Part shown: piece after piece, positions 1-8,472 of the stretch
Layout: every line of letters begins with the position of its first letter
Position numbering within the stretch: the first letter of the stretch is position 1
Assembly: GCA_030632035.1 (NCBI GenBank)
Contig: DAOVJZ010000001.1
Span: forward strand, 1 to 24,680
DNA from: Granulosicoccaceae bacterium
GTDB taxonomy: Bacteria; Pseudomonadota; Gammaproteobacteria; DAOVJZ01
Direction of reading: 5' to 3'
DNA length: 24,680 nt
Notes under the pieces: generated by a model
Database searches by the model: none
Told to the model about the DNA's origin: nothing
Seen by the model: only the letters and a program-made list of their open reading frames with translations
Position numbers and translations under genes: made by a program

Positions 1-446
1 GTGTAACCAATCACTGCACAAGTTGTGCTAACCACAAAACAGCCTAACAGGAAGGGTTCCCATACATGGGCGAGCCCGGTCATGAGCCAATCCACGGTAG
101 GTTCAAAGTGAAACTCATTAGCTGGTGCCTGGAGTATCCAGGTGCCGACGAGATAGCAGAAGTAAAAAATAGGTGGAATCGTTATCGGGTTTGATATCCA
201 TACCAGCGCAATAGAGACAATCAGGTTGGCTCGAAAAATAATAGCAATAGCAGCAGTTGGTATCATCTGGAATGGTATGGGGACAAAGGCCATGAATAAA
301 CCAATGGCAAACGCATTGGAAGCTGAACGTCGATTCAGGTGAAACAGGTTGGGATCATGCAGTAATGTGCCGAAGATTTGCAGGTGTTTATGTTCCCTGA
401 CCTTTCGGTGATCCGGCATAAAGCGTTTTATGATTTTCTTTGCCAT
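1..446 (-). CDS. DUF2062-family membrane protein, 3'-truncated by the window edge
   Basis: Manual translation from CAT at 444-446: MAKKIIKRFMPDHRKVREHKHLQIFGTLLHDPNLFHLNRRSASNAFAIGLFMAFVPIPFQM...LVWISNPITIPPIFYFCYLVG..., open to the edge. The LNRRS, PxPFQM and WISNPxT motifs and the position beside comEC match DUF2062 proteins as I recall them. Absent from the ORF track because it runs off the window. Confidence 0.85.
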   Translation of the reverse strand, partial: MAKKIIKRFMPDHRKVREHKHLQIFGTLLHDPNLFHLNRRSASNAFAIGLFMAFVPIPFQMIPTAAIAIIFRANLIVSIALVWISNPITIPPIFYFCYLVGTWILQAPANEFHFEPTVDWLMTGLAHVWEPFLLGCFVVSTTCAVIGY

Positions 447-517
447 TGAACTACGTTAGTATTTCATTTGATGAGTAATATTATCATCTATTTTGACAAG
501 GAAGGACAGAACCAACC

Positions 518-2827
518 ATGCGATCAGGGACGCTCGTATTTCTGGCAGGTATCCTGCTGTTTAATCAATTACCGGTATTACCGGAAGAAAATCTACGTTA
601 TTTGCTCGTGGCTTGTCTGGGTCTGGTTTATTTTCGACCAGTACGCCTGCTTGCATTGATGGGCGTCGGATTTTTCTGGATGCACTGGCATGCGGCAATA
701 CTCCTTGCCCAAACTTTACCCGTCATTCTGGAAGGTGCCGATGTTATTGTTGAAGGGGAGATAATTTCTGTTCCTCAACGCCGTGATCGGCGTACCCGTT
801 TTGAATTCGATGTAAAACAACTAACTCATAAAAACAAAGACATTCCTTTTGCAGGACGTGTACGTTTGAGCTGGTATGAAGACTATCCTGATTTAAATGC
901 GGGTGATGAGTGGCAATTTACAGTTCGGATGAAACGTCCACATGGCTTGATGAATCCCGGTGGGTTTGATTATGAAAAATGGTTGTTTCAAAAACATATC
1001 ATAGCAACCGGCTATGTGCGTAGCAAAAGTGGGTATCAATTATTAAACAGCGATCCATACCAGCAATGGATAAACCGGTATCGGCAAGATTTAAAACACC
1101 ATATCAATAACGTATTAAAGAACAATTCCTTTTCAGGAATATTGCAGGCACTTGCCGTAGGTTTGCGAGATGACATTCCACCGGAACAATGGAAAGTATT
1201 AACACATACCGGGACTAATCATCTCATGGCGATCTCCGGCTTGCATATTGGGCTGGTAGCGGGATTGATGTTTTTTGTTACACGCTGGTTGTGGTCATTA
1301 CCGGGCTTTACTGTGCTGTGGATGCCTGCCCAGCGTGTGGGTTCAATCGCTGCCATGATATCGGCCGTTATTTATGCCACTATGGCCGGTTTTTCTATTC
1401 CAACACAACGTGCCTTGATCATGTTGCTGGTCGTGTTGTTATCGCAATGGTTTTATCAACGCCGGCAAGCATCGCAGGTACTGGCGTGGGCGTTACTTAT
1501 TATCCTGATTTATGATCCCTTGTCAGCTATGCAGGCCGGTTTCTGGTTGTCGTTTGGTGCAGTGACGGTGATTTTTTATGGCATGGGTCGTCGTATTTCC
1601 TGTCTTGAACAACCGGGCATGAATAAATGGTGGTGGAAATGGGGACGTGTGCAATGGCTGGTTGCGATTGGTTTAATGCCCATTATGCTGGTGTTGTTTG
1701 GTCAGATATCAGTCTATGCGCCCGTTGCCAATCTGGTGGCTGTCCCGTGGATGAGTATTCTGGTGGTACCGTTTACGTTGCTGGGTGCTGTGTTATCAAA
1801 AGCGTTTCCTTTTATGAGTACGTTGTTGCTGGAGACAGCGGCTAGTTTGCTGTCATGGCTGTGGTGGTTTTTACAATGGTTATCTGAATTACCGGGTGTT
1901 TTATGGATTCAGGCAATGCCACCTTTATGGACGGTCATATCAGGTATTGTCGGGATTGTTTTTATTCTGGCACCAAGAGGTATTCCAGCGCGTTGGTTAG
2001 GTATAGTTTGGTTGTTGCCATTGTTTTTATGGAAGCCATTATTGCCCAATGAAGGTGAGGCATGGGTAACATTGCTGGATATAGGGCAGGGTTTATCGAC
2101 CGTGGTGCAAACCCGGCATCATGCCTTGGTGTTTGATACTGGACCAAGCCGGGGTAGTTTTGATACCGGTGAGTCAGTTGTCATTCCCTTTTTGAGGCAG
2201 TCAGGGATTCAACGTCTGGATAAATTGATCGTGAGTCATGGTGATAATGATCATGCGGGTGGTACGGGGGCTATTTTGTCCATGATGCCAGTTGGGCAGG
2301 TGCTGAGTAGTGAAATATTGAATATCAATGTAGAGAGCGAGACATGTTATGAAGGGCAAGGCTGGAACTGGGATGGGGTTACGTTTCAAATATTGAACCC
2401 ACCGCGCACAAAGCAGTTCAACGGGAATAATAATTCCTGCGTATTAAAGGTGGCGGCAGGTGGAAAAAGCATTTTGATGACCGGTGATATTGGTCGAGTG
2501 GCTGAGGTGAAATTAATAAAAGCATACGGAAATGATCTCAAATCCGATATTCTGGTGGTTCCGCATCATGGTAGTACTACTTCATCCACAAGGGACTTTG
2601 TAAATAGGGTAGCCCCTGAATTTGCTCTGTTTTCAGTTGGATATCGCAATCGATATGGCTTTCCCAAGCAAAAGGTGGTCAATCGCTATCATGAGTCAGG
2701 GAGCCAAATGCTGGAAACAGCGGATCAAGGGGCGATTAGCTTCAAATTGAGTGTGAACAGTCCATTGGTAGCACGGTCATATCGTCAGTCAGAGCGACGA
2801 TATTGGCATGGTAATGCTCTGGAATAA
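518..2827 (+). CDS. comEC: DNA internalization competence protein ComEC/Rec2
   Basis: 769 aa, multi-TM; ISGLHIG competence-domain motif; C-terminal metallo-beta-lactamase motifs LDIGQG, SHGDNDHAGG, PHHGS. Confidence 0.96.
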   Translation: MRSGTLVFLAGILLFNQLPVLPEENLRYLLVACLGLVYFRPVRLLALMGVGFFWMHWHAAILLAQTLPVILEGADVIVEGEIISVPQRRDRRTRFEFDVKQLTHKNKDIPFAGRVRLSWYEDYPDLNAGDEWQFTVRMKRPHGLMNPGGFDYEKWLFQKHIIATGYVRSKSGYQLLNSDPYQQWINRYRQDLKHHINNVLKNNSFSGILQALAVGLRDDIPPEQWKVLTHTGTNHLMAISGLHIGLVAGLMFFVTRWLWSLPGFTVLWMPAQRVGSIAAMISAVIYATMAGFSIPTQRALIMLLVVLLSQWFYQRRQASQVLAWALLIILIYDPLSAMQAGFWLSFGAVTVIFYGMGRRISCLEQPGMNKWWWKWGRVQWLVAIGLMPIMLVLFGQISVYAPVANLVAVPWMSILVVPFTLLGAVLSKAFPFMSTLLLETAASLLSWLWWFLQWLSELPGVLWIQAMPPLWTVISGIVGIVFILAPRGIPARWLGIVWLLPLFLWKPLLPNEGEAWVTLLDIGQGLSTVVQTRHHALVFDTGPSRGSFDTGESVVIPFLRQSGIQRLDKLIVSHGDNDHAGGTGAILSMMPVGQVLSSEILNINVESETCYEGQGWNWDGVTFQILNPPRTKQFNGNNNSCVLKVAAGGKSILMTGDIGRVAEVKLIKAYGNDLKSDILVVPHHGSTTSSTRDFVNRVAPEFALFSVGYRNRYGFPKQKVVNRYHESGSQMLETADQGAISFKLSVNSPLVARSYRQSERRYWHGNALE

Positions 2828-2907
2828 TACTTTATGAAAAGTCCTATCTCTGCTAGATTAAGGGAAAATTATAAGATGAAACATACAGTTGGGAGGTAAA
2901 CAATCTC

Positions 2908-3546
2908 GTGTTAGAGCTAATCAAGGCAGGCGGCTGGTTAATGGTGCCGATTTTGCTCTGTTCCATTATTGCGTTGGCGATTATTGGTGAGCGTCTCTGG
3001 ACATTACAACGTAAGCGGATTATTCCTAAACATCTGGTAGCCCAAATCTGGCATTGGTATAAAAACAACCAGATGGATGCTACACAAATTAATGCAATTC
3101 GTATGAGTTCACCGCTGGGGCGTGTACTAGCTGCCGGTATTGTGAACATGCATCACTCGCGTGAGATTATGAAGGAAAGTATTGAGGAAGTAGGGCGTCA
3201 TGTAGTACTGGAGCTGGAACGGTTCTTGAATACGCTCGGTACGATTGCAGCGATTTCCCCTTTGCTCGGATTACTCGGTACAGTAATTGGTATGATCAAG
3301 GTCTTTACTGCGATCACAACCTATGGTGTGGGTAATTCCGCAATTTTGGCGGGTGGTATTTCAGAAGCACTAATCACAACGGCGGCAGGATTGACTGTCG
3401 CTATCCCAAGTCTGTTTTTTTATCGCTACTTCCGTGGCTATGTGGATTCATTGGTGATCTCGATGGAACAAGAGGCATTGAAGATGATCGAAATTATGCA
3501 TGGTGAACGTGAAGAAGATGATGCTGATGCTGAAGGCAGTGCTTAA
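2908..3546 (+). CDS. exbB: MotA/TolQ/ExbB proton-channel protein
   Basis: GTG start with GGGAGG SD at 2891-2896; AGGWLMVPI N-terminus, SPLLGLLGTVIGMI and GISEALITTAAGL TM motifs. Confidence 0.92.
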   Translation: MLELIKAGGWLMVPILLCSIIALAIIGERLWTLQRKRIIPKHLVAQIWHWYKNNQMDATQINAIRMSSPLGRVLAAGIVNMHHSREIMKESIEEVGRHVVLELERFLNTLGTIAAISPLLGLLGTVIGMIKVFTAITTYGVGNSAILAGGISEALITTAAGLTVAIPSLFFYRYFRGYVDSLVISMEQEALKMIEIMHGEREEDDADAEGSA

Positions 3547-3965
3547 TGAACCTGCGCAATAATGATCGCAGGTCACGTGAACCGGAAGTCAATCTGACAT
3601 CATTAATCGATGTTGTATTTTTGTTACTGATCTTTTTTATGGTATCGACCACATTTACACGTGAATCTGATATCACGATTGATTTACCGCAATCCAGTTC
3701 AAAAGAAGTGGCCGAAGATAAAAAACCACTTGAACTGATGATTGATGAACGTGGTCTCTACTTTATTAATGAACAGAGAGTAACGAATACCAGTACTGAT
3801 ATGCTAAAACGTGCATTAAAAAAAGTGACAGCTGATATGAAAGATCCCAGATTAGTGATTCGTGCTGATGGCAAGGCACCGCATCAGTCAGTCATTACAG
3901 CTATGGATGCAGCGCGTCAGATGGGTATTGTGAAAATTACCTTTGCCACTCGTCAGGAAGACTAA
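3546..3965 (+). CDS. exbD: ExbD/TolR-family biopolymer transport protein
   Basis: NLTSLIDVVFLLLIFFMV with the conserved TM Asp; IRADGKAPHQ periplasmic motif; TAATG overlap with exbB. Confidence 0.93.
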   Translation: MNLRNNDRRSREPEVNLTSLIDVVFLLLIFFMVSTTFTRESDITIDLPQSSSKEVAEDKKPLELMIDERGLYFINEQRVTNTSTDMLKRALKKVTADMKDPRLVIRADGKAPHQSVITAMDAARQMGIVKITFATRQED

Positions 3966-3988
3966 AAAGGCACTCTCCACACATCGTT

Positions 3989-5731
3989 ATGTCCACTCAA
4001 ACTGAATCTGGTCTCAAAGTCTATCGACGATTATTGAGCTATTCAATGTCATATTGGCATCTGTTTCTTGTTGCAGTGCTTGGTATGATTGTGATGGCGG
4101 CGACAGAGCCGGCTTTTGCGGCATTGTTTCAGCCAATGGTGGATGGCAGTTTTGTCAAAAAAGATCCAGATGTAATTAAAACCATGCCGTTGTTGATTCT
4201 TGGTATTTTTGTATTGCGTGGTGTAGCCAGCTTTATATCTAATTATTATATGAATTGGATAAGTCGACAAATTATAAAGCAATTAAGAACCAGTATTTTT
4301 GAACACCTGTTGTACCTGCCTTCCAGTTTTTATGATCGAGCTTCATCTGGTCGAATTTTATCGCGCATGAGTTTTGATGTTGAGCAGGTATCTAATGCGG
4401 CAACAACATCACTGACAGTACTTATTCGTGACACATTGACAATCATTGGGTTGCTGGCATGGATGTTTTATCTAAGTAGCTTGTTAGCACTTATTTTTCT
4501 TCTTGTTGGGCCTGTTATTGCCTTGTTGATTACTTATGTGAGCAAGCGTTTCCGCCGGATCAGCTCCAGAATCCAGCATTCGATAGGGGGGGTTACCCAG
4601 GTTACGCAGGAAACTGTCAATAATTATAAGGTAGTCAAGATATTTGGTGGTCAGAAATATGAAAAGAAACAATTTGATAATGTTAATGAGTACAACCGCA
4701 AACAATATATGAAGCTGGTTGTTACTAATGCGATTAGTAGTCCAGTGGTGCAAACTATAGGTGCCTGTGGTTTATCGATCATTATTTATCTTTCCACAAT
4801 GGAAAATATGCTGGCAACATTTACACCAGGCACATTCATCTCTTTTGTAATGGCGATGGTGATGTTAATGCCGCCTATCAAGCGCCTCACATCAATTAAC
4901 TCAGCTATCCAGCAGGGGATTGCAGCAGGTCAAAGTATTTTTGGTTTTCTGGATGAAAAGCAGGAACGGGATACTGGAACGCAGGAAATTGATATTGCCA
5001 AAGGGGATATTGAATACCGTGGTGTGTCTTTCACTTATGCAACAGGTCATAACAAGGCACTGGATAATATCAGTCTTAATATTGAGTCTGGCAAGACAGT
5101 TGCCTTTGTCGGTCAGTCTGGTAGCGGCAAGACGACGCTGGTTAATTTATTACCAAGACTTTATTCTGATTATGAAGGTGTAATTATGCTGGATGGTCAT
5201 GATATCCATGACTTGAAATTAGCCTCCTTGCGCAGACAAATTTCATTAGTGAGTCAGGATGTCACACTATTTAATGATACGGTCGCCAATAATATTGCCT
5301 ATGGTTTTGAGGAACCAGACAGGGAAGCAATCACCAATGCAGCACGAGCGGCCCATGCGCTGGAGTTTATTGAAAAAATGCCGGATGGGTTGGATACGAT
5401 GGTGGGTGAAGATGGCCTGTTATTATCAGGAGGACAACGCCAGCGTATTGCAATTGCCCGTGCGATTTTAAAAAATGCACCGATTTTGATTCTGGACGAA
5501 GCCACTTCTGCGTTGGACACAGAGTCAGAGCGTCATATTCAGTCTGCACTGGATGAGTTAATAAAAAACAGAACCACATTGGTGATCGCACATCGTCTTT
5601 CAACAATTGAAAAGGCCGATAAGATTGTTGTTATGCATGATGGCAAGATTGTTGAGACAGGCACTCATGACGAACTACTTGGTCAACAAGGTTACTACAC
5701 CAACCTCTACAATATGCAATTCAAGGATTGA
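3989..5731 (+). CDS. msbA: Lipid A/LPS flippase ABC transporter MsbA
   Basis: 580 aa TMD+NBD; Walker A GQSGSGKTT, signature LSGGQRQR, Walker B ILDEATSALD, AHRLST; directly upstream of lpxK. Confidence 0.96.
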   Translation: MSTQTESGLKVYRRLLSYSMSYWHLFLVAVLGMIVMAATEPAFAALFQPMVDGSFVKKDPDVIKTMPLLILGIFVLRGVASFISNYYMNWISRQIIKQLRTSIFEHLLYLPSSFYDRASSGRILSRMSFDVEQVSNAATTSLTVLIRDTLTIIGLLAWMFYLSSLLALIFLLVGPVIALLITYVSKRFRRISSRIQHSIGGVTQVTQETVNNYKVVKIFGGQKYEKKQFDNVNEYNRKQYMKLVVTNAISSPVVQTIGACGLSIIIYLSTMENMLATFTPGTFISFVMAMVMLMPPIKRLTSINSAIQQGIAAGQSIFGFLDEKQERDTGTQEIDIAKGDIEYRGVSFTYATGHNKALDNISLNIESGKTVAFVGQSGSGKTTLVNLLPRLYSDYEGVIMLDGHDIHDLKLASLRRQISLVSQDVTLFNDTVANNIAYGFEEPDREAITNAARAAHALEFIEKMPDGLDTMVGEDGLLLSGGQRQRIAIARAILKNAPILILDEATSALDTESERHIQSALDELIKNRTTLVIAHRLSTIEKADKIVVMHDGKIVETGTHDELLGQQGYYTNLYNMQFKD

Positions 5732-6717
5732 ACTATTTCATGTTCCGCCCGGATAAATACTGGTATAACAACTCGCTATATATAAGGGCATTGCTTCCAT
5801 TATCGTGGTTATTTTGTAGCGTGGTGAAATTACGCAGGCTGGCTTATCAATACGGCATCAAAAAGACACACTATCTGGATGTACCTGTGATTATAGTAGG
5901 CAATATTACGGTGGGTGGTACGGGTAAAACACCAACCGTTATCTGGTTAGTGAATTTTCTGAAAGGTGAAGGTTATAGTCCGGGGATTGTTTCCCGTGGT
6001 TATGGCGGAAAGGCAACACACTGGCCGCAACAGGTTCGTCCAGACAGTGATCCGGTTATTGTTGGTGATGAAGCTATTTTGTTAGCGCATCAGAGCAAGT
6101 GTCCAGTGGCGGTTGGCCCTAAAAGAGTGGAGGCCGCCAGAGCATTGCTGGAATATGAAAACTGCGACATTATTATTTCAGATGATGGTCTTCAGCATTA
6201 TTCGCTGGGTCGTGATATTGAAATTGCATTGGTTGATAGCATACGTCGTTTTGGTAATGGCCATTGTTTGCCAGCAGGTCCTTTACGTGAACCGGAAGAA
6301 CGTATGGAGGAAGTCGATATTATTGTTGCCAACGGTGTGCCTGGCCCACACGAATTTGGTATGCGCCTTGCGGGAATACGATTGGTTAATGTCAGTGATT
6401 ACACACAGCAAATGAACCTTGAGGATTTACGTGGGCAAACTGTCCATGCTGTTGCGGGTATTGGTTATCCAGAGCGGTTTTTTAACCATCTGAACCGTGC
6501 CGGCCTTGATGTGATTGAACATCCTTTTCAGGATCATCATGTCTTCAAACCGGAAGATCTGGATTTTGGCGATGACCTGCCAGTGATCATGACTGAAAAA
6601 GACATCGTAAAATGTCACCGTTTTACCCAGTCTAACCACTGGTACTTGCCTGTAAAGGCCGACCCTGATCCCAGATTGGGTGAACGCATTATGGGGTTGT
6701 TAAAGCAGGTTTCCTGA
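5728..6717 (+). CDS. lpxK: Tetraacyldisaccharide 4'-kinase
   Basis: VGNITVGGTGKTP, SRGYGG, GDE, DDGLQH, GPLRE, TEKD motifs. TTG start overlaps the msbA stop; ATG at 5740 is an alternative start. Confidence 0.96.
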   Translation: MNYFMFRPDKYWYNNSLYIRALLPLSWLFCSVVKLRRLAYQYGIKKTHYLDVPVIIVGNITVGGTGKTPTVIWLVNFLKGEGYSPGIVSRGYGGKATHWPQQVRPDSDPVIVGDEAILLAHQSKCPVAVGPKRVEAARALLEYENCDIIISDDGLQHYSLGRDIEIALVDSIRRFGNGHCLPAGPLREPEERMEEVDIIVANGVPGPHEFGMRLAGIRLVNVSDYTQQMNLEDLRGQTVHAVAGIGYPERFFNHLNRAGLDVIEHPFQDHHVFKPEDLDFGDDLPVIMTEKDIVKCHRFTQSNHWYLPVKADPDPRLGERIMGLLKQVS

Positions 6718-6747
6718 CATCGTTTTTTAGCTCCTGATGCGTGAATA

Positions 6748-6756
6748 TGATAGAAT
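6748..6756 (+). promoter_or_regulatory. Putative extended -10 promoter (TGaTAGAAT) for ycaR-kdsB-ptpA
   Basis: TGATAGAAT in the 76-bp lpxK-ycaR gap, 38 nt before the ycaR ATG; motif match only. Confidence 0.45.
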
Positions 6757-6793
6757 TCGCGTACTCAAACCTTAAATCACAGCGTAAAACCCC

Positions 6794-6973
6794 ATGGATA
6801 ATAAATTACTCGATATTCTGGTATGTCCTGTTTGCAAAGGCCCACTTGTTTATAAAAAAGAACAGGGTGAATTGATTTGCAAGGGCGACAGGCTTGCCTA
6901 CCCGATAAAAGATGACATCCCCGTCATGCTGGAACAGGAAGCAAGAGAACTGCCCGCTGAAGAGGAAGTTTAA
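6794..6973 (+). CDS. ycaR: Trm112-like/UPF0434 protein YcaR, 59 aa
   Basis: Manual translation [59 protein letters not shown]; LLDILVCP and YPIxDxIPVML motifs; lies between lpxK and kdsB; TAATG overlap with kdsB. One residue below the apparent ORF-track cutoff. Confidence 0.95.
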   Translation: MDNKLLDILVCPVCKGPLVYKKEQGELICKGDRLAYPIKDDIPVMLEQEARELPAEEEV

Positions 6974-7734
6974 TGACCTTTCGTGTCGTGATCCCTGCGC
7001 GTCATGCTTCGACGCGTTTACCTGGTAAGCCTCTGCTTGAGATTGCGGGTAAGCCCATGATTCAGCATGTTTACGAACGTGCGCTTGATTGCGGTGCAGA
7101 TAGCGTTGTGATCGCAACCGATGATGAACGTATCCAGAAGGTTGCAGAATCATTTGGTGCAGATGTGTGCATGACATCACCCGATCACCCATCAGGTACA
7201 GAACGTTTAGCCGAAGTCGTGAGCAAGTTGTCATACGATAAAGATGACATTGTTGTTAACGTACAGGGAGATGAACCATTGATGCCAGCAAGTCTGGTTG
7301 AACAGGTTGCAGAATTGCTGGCGCAAAGCAATAGTGCTGATGTTGCAACCTTGTGTACGCCCATTCTTGATGGGAATGATATTTTTAATCCCAATGTTGT
7401 GAAGGTAGTAACAGATAAAGAAGGTAATGCGCTTTATTTTAGTCGTGCACCGGTTCCGTGGCATCGTGATGCCTTTGCTGAAGAAAAAGATATTGTGCTG
7501 GATGACAGCGTCTACTTTAGACATATCGGGTTATATGCTTATCGTGTTTCATTTCTTAAAGATTACACCTCTTTAACACCTTCACCACTGGAAATAATTG
7601 AATCACTCGAACAATTACGGGTGTTGTGGCATGGACGCAAGATTGCAGTGGCCAATGCGTATGACATACCAGGCCCCGGTGTTGACACTATCGAAGATCT
7701 GAAAAAGGTCGAAATGATTTTGTCTGATAATTAA
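6973..7734 (+). CDS. kdsB: 3-deoxy-manno-octulosonate cytidylyltransferase (CMP-Kdo synthetase)
   Basis: IPARHASTRLPGKPL, SGTERL, NVQGDEP, YFSRAPVP, RHIGLYAYR, ESLEQLR, GVDT motifs. Confidence 0.97.
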   Translation: MTFRVVIPARHASTRLPGKPLLEIAGKPMIQHVYERALDCGADSVVIATDDERIQKVAESFGADVCMTSPDHPSGTERLAEVVSKLSYDKDDIVVNVQGDEPLMPASLVEQVAELLAQSNSADVATLCTPILDGNDIFNPNVVKVVTDKEGNALYFSRAPVPWHRDAFAEEKDIVLDDSVYFRHIGLYAYRVSFLKDYTSLTPSPLEIIESLEQLRVLWHGRKIAVANAYDIPGPGVDTIEDLKKVEMILSDN

Positions 7735-7747
7735 TTGTGGAGCTAAT

Positions 7748-8218
7748 ATGATCAAGGTACTTTTTGTCTGCATGGGCAATATTTGCAGATCACCAACAGC
7801 AGAAGGTGTATTTACCCATTTGGTTCAGCAATCGGGGCTGGCAGATCAGATACAGATCGATTCTGCTGGTACTCATGCCTATCATGTCGGGCATGAACCC
7901 GACACCAGATCGCAAAAGACGGCCAAAGACAGGGGAATAGACATAAGCCATTTACGAGCCCGCTGTGTTTCTGATGGTGATTTTTATGAATTTGATTATG
8001 TACTGGCGATGGATCGGGACAATTACCAGATCCTGCAGGGGGTTTGTCCATTGGGTGAGGAACATCGGCTCAAACTGTTTCTGGAATACGCGCCTGATAT
8101 ACCAGAGGATGAGGTGCCTGATCCTTATTATGGTGGTCCAAACGGGTTTGAGCGCGTAATGGATATGATCGCGATTGCCTCAGAAGGGCTACTTGCAGAA
8201 ATTCGTACCAAACCCTGA
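7748..8218 (+). CDS. ptpA: Low-molecular-weight protein-tyrosine phosphatase
   Basis: P-loop VCMGNICRSP (CX5R), DSAGT, DPYYGG general-acid motif; usual neighbour of kdsB. Confidence 0.93.
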   Translation: MIKVLFVCMGNICRSPTAEGVFTHLVQQSGLADQIQIDSAGTHAYHVGHEPDTRSQKTAKDRGIDISHLRARCVSDGDFYEFDYVLAMDRDNYQILQGVCPLGEEHRLKLFLEYAPDIPEDEVPDPYYGGPNGFERVMDMIAIASEGLLAEIRTKP

Positions 8219-8238
8219 TGGCTTGTCTTTGGTAGCAT

Positions 8239-8273
8239 AAAAAAAACGACGTAGCTAAATGGCTACGCCGTTT
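8239..8273 (-). terminator. Intrinsic terminator oriented for a minus-strand transcript
   Basis: Minus strand reads AAACGGCGUAGC-CAUUUA-GCUACGUCGUUU (12 bp with one G.U) ending in an 8-U run (plus-strand A8 at 8239-8246). On the plus strand the same stem has an A.C mismatch and only 3 T. Confidence 0.75.
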
Positions 8274-8311
8274 AACTAACCACCATTTGGGAGGGGGTGG
8301 TTGGGGATAGT
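8239..8311 (-). ncRNA. Candidate ~73-nt trans-acting sRNA with a C-rich anti-SD loop
   Basis: Promoter TTGACA(8347-8342)-17 bp-TAAGCT(8324-8319); hairpin AACCACC/GGUGGUU with loop CCCUCCCAAAU; terminator with U8; no AUG-initiated ORF of note. TSS at 8311 is inferred. Confidence 0.6.
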
Positions 8312-8318
8312 AAAGATG

Positions 8319-8347
8319 AGCTTAATATAACCTAGTGTTTTTGTCAA
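8319..8347 (-). promoter_or_regulatory. sigma70-type promoter TTGACA-N17-TAAGCT
   Basis: Consensus -35, exact 17-bp spacer, -10 with the conserved T-A---T. It points into the intergenic hairpins rather than at a CDS. Confidence 0.65.
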
Positions 8348-8402
8348 GAATACCGTAGTAATACTGGTGTTTTACAAAAGTAGTTTCCATACAAGCAGAT
8401 AC

Positions 8403-8430
8403 AGAGCCTAGGCTCTATTCCATGTATAAT
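8403..8430 (+). promoter_or_regulatory. Putative gnnA promoter: TATAAT at 8425-8430 with a perfect 14-bp palindrome (8403-8416) over the -35 position
   Basis: AGAGCCTAGGCTCT is its own reverse complement; consensus -10 lies 42 nt before the ATG; no recognisable -35. Confidence 0.4.
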
Positions 8431-8472
8431 CGCATCTTTGTTGTGATAACAGATAAAAGCAGGACATCCTGA

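Noticed and set aside
470-488. Near-palindrome GATGAGTAATATTATCATC between DUF2062 and comEC as a Fur box
   Set aside because: Only 11/19 to the Fur consensus in an AT-rich gap; one good half-site is not enough.
468-659. 63-aa ORF overlapping the comEC start
   Set aside because: Out-of-frame overlap with a well-supported gene; no motif.
6806-7234. 142-aa minus-strand ORF
   Set aside because: Antisense shadow of ycaR and kdsB; no recognisable features.
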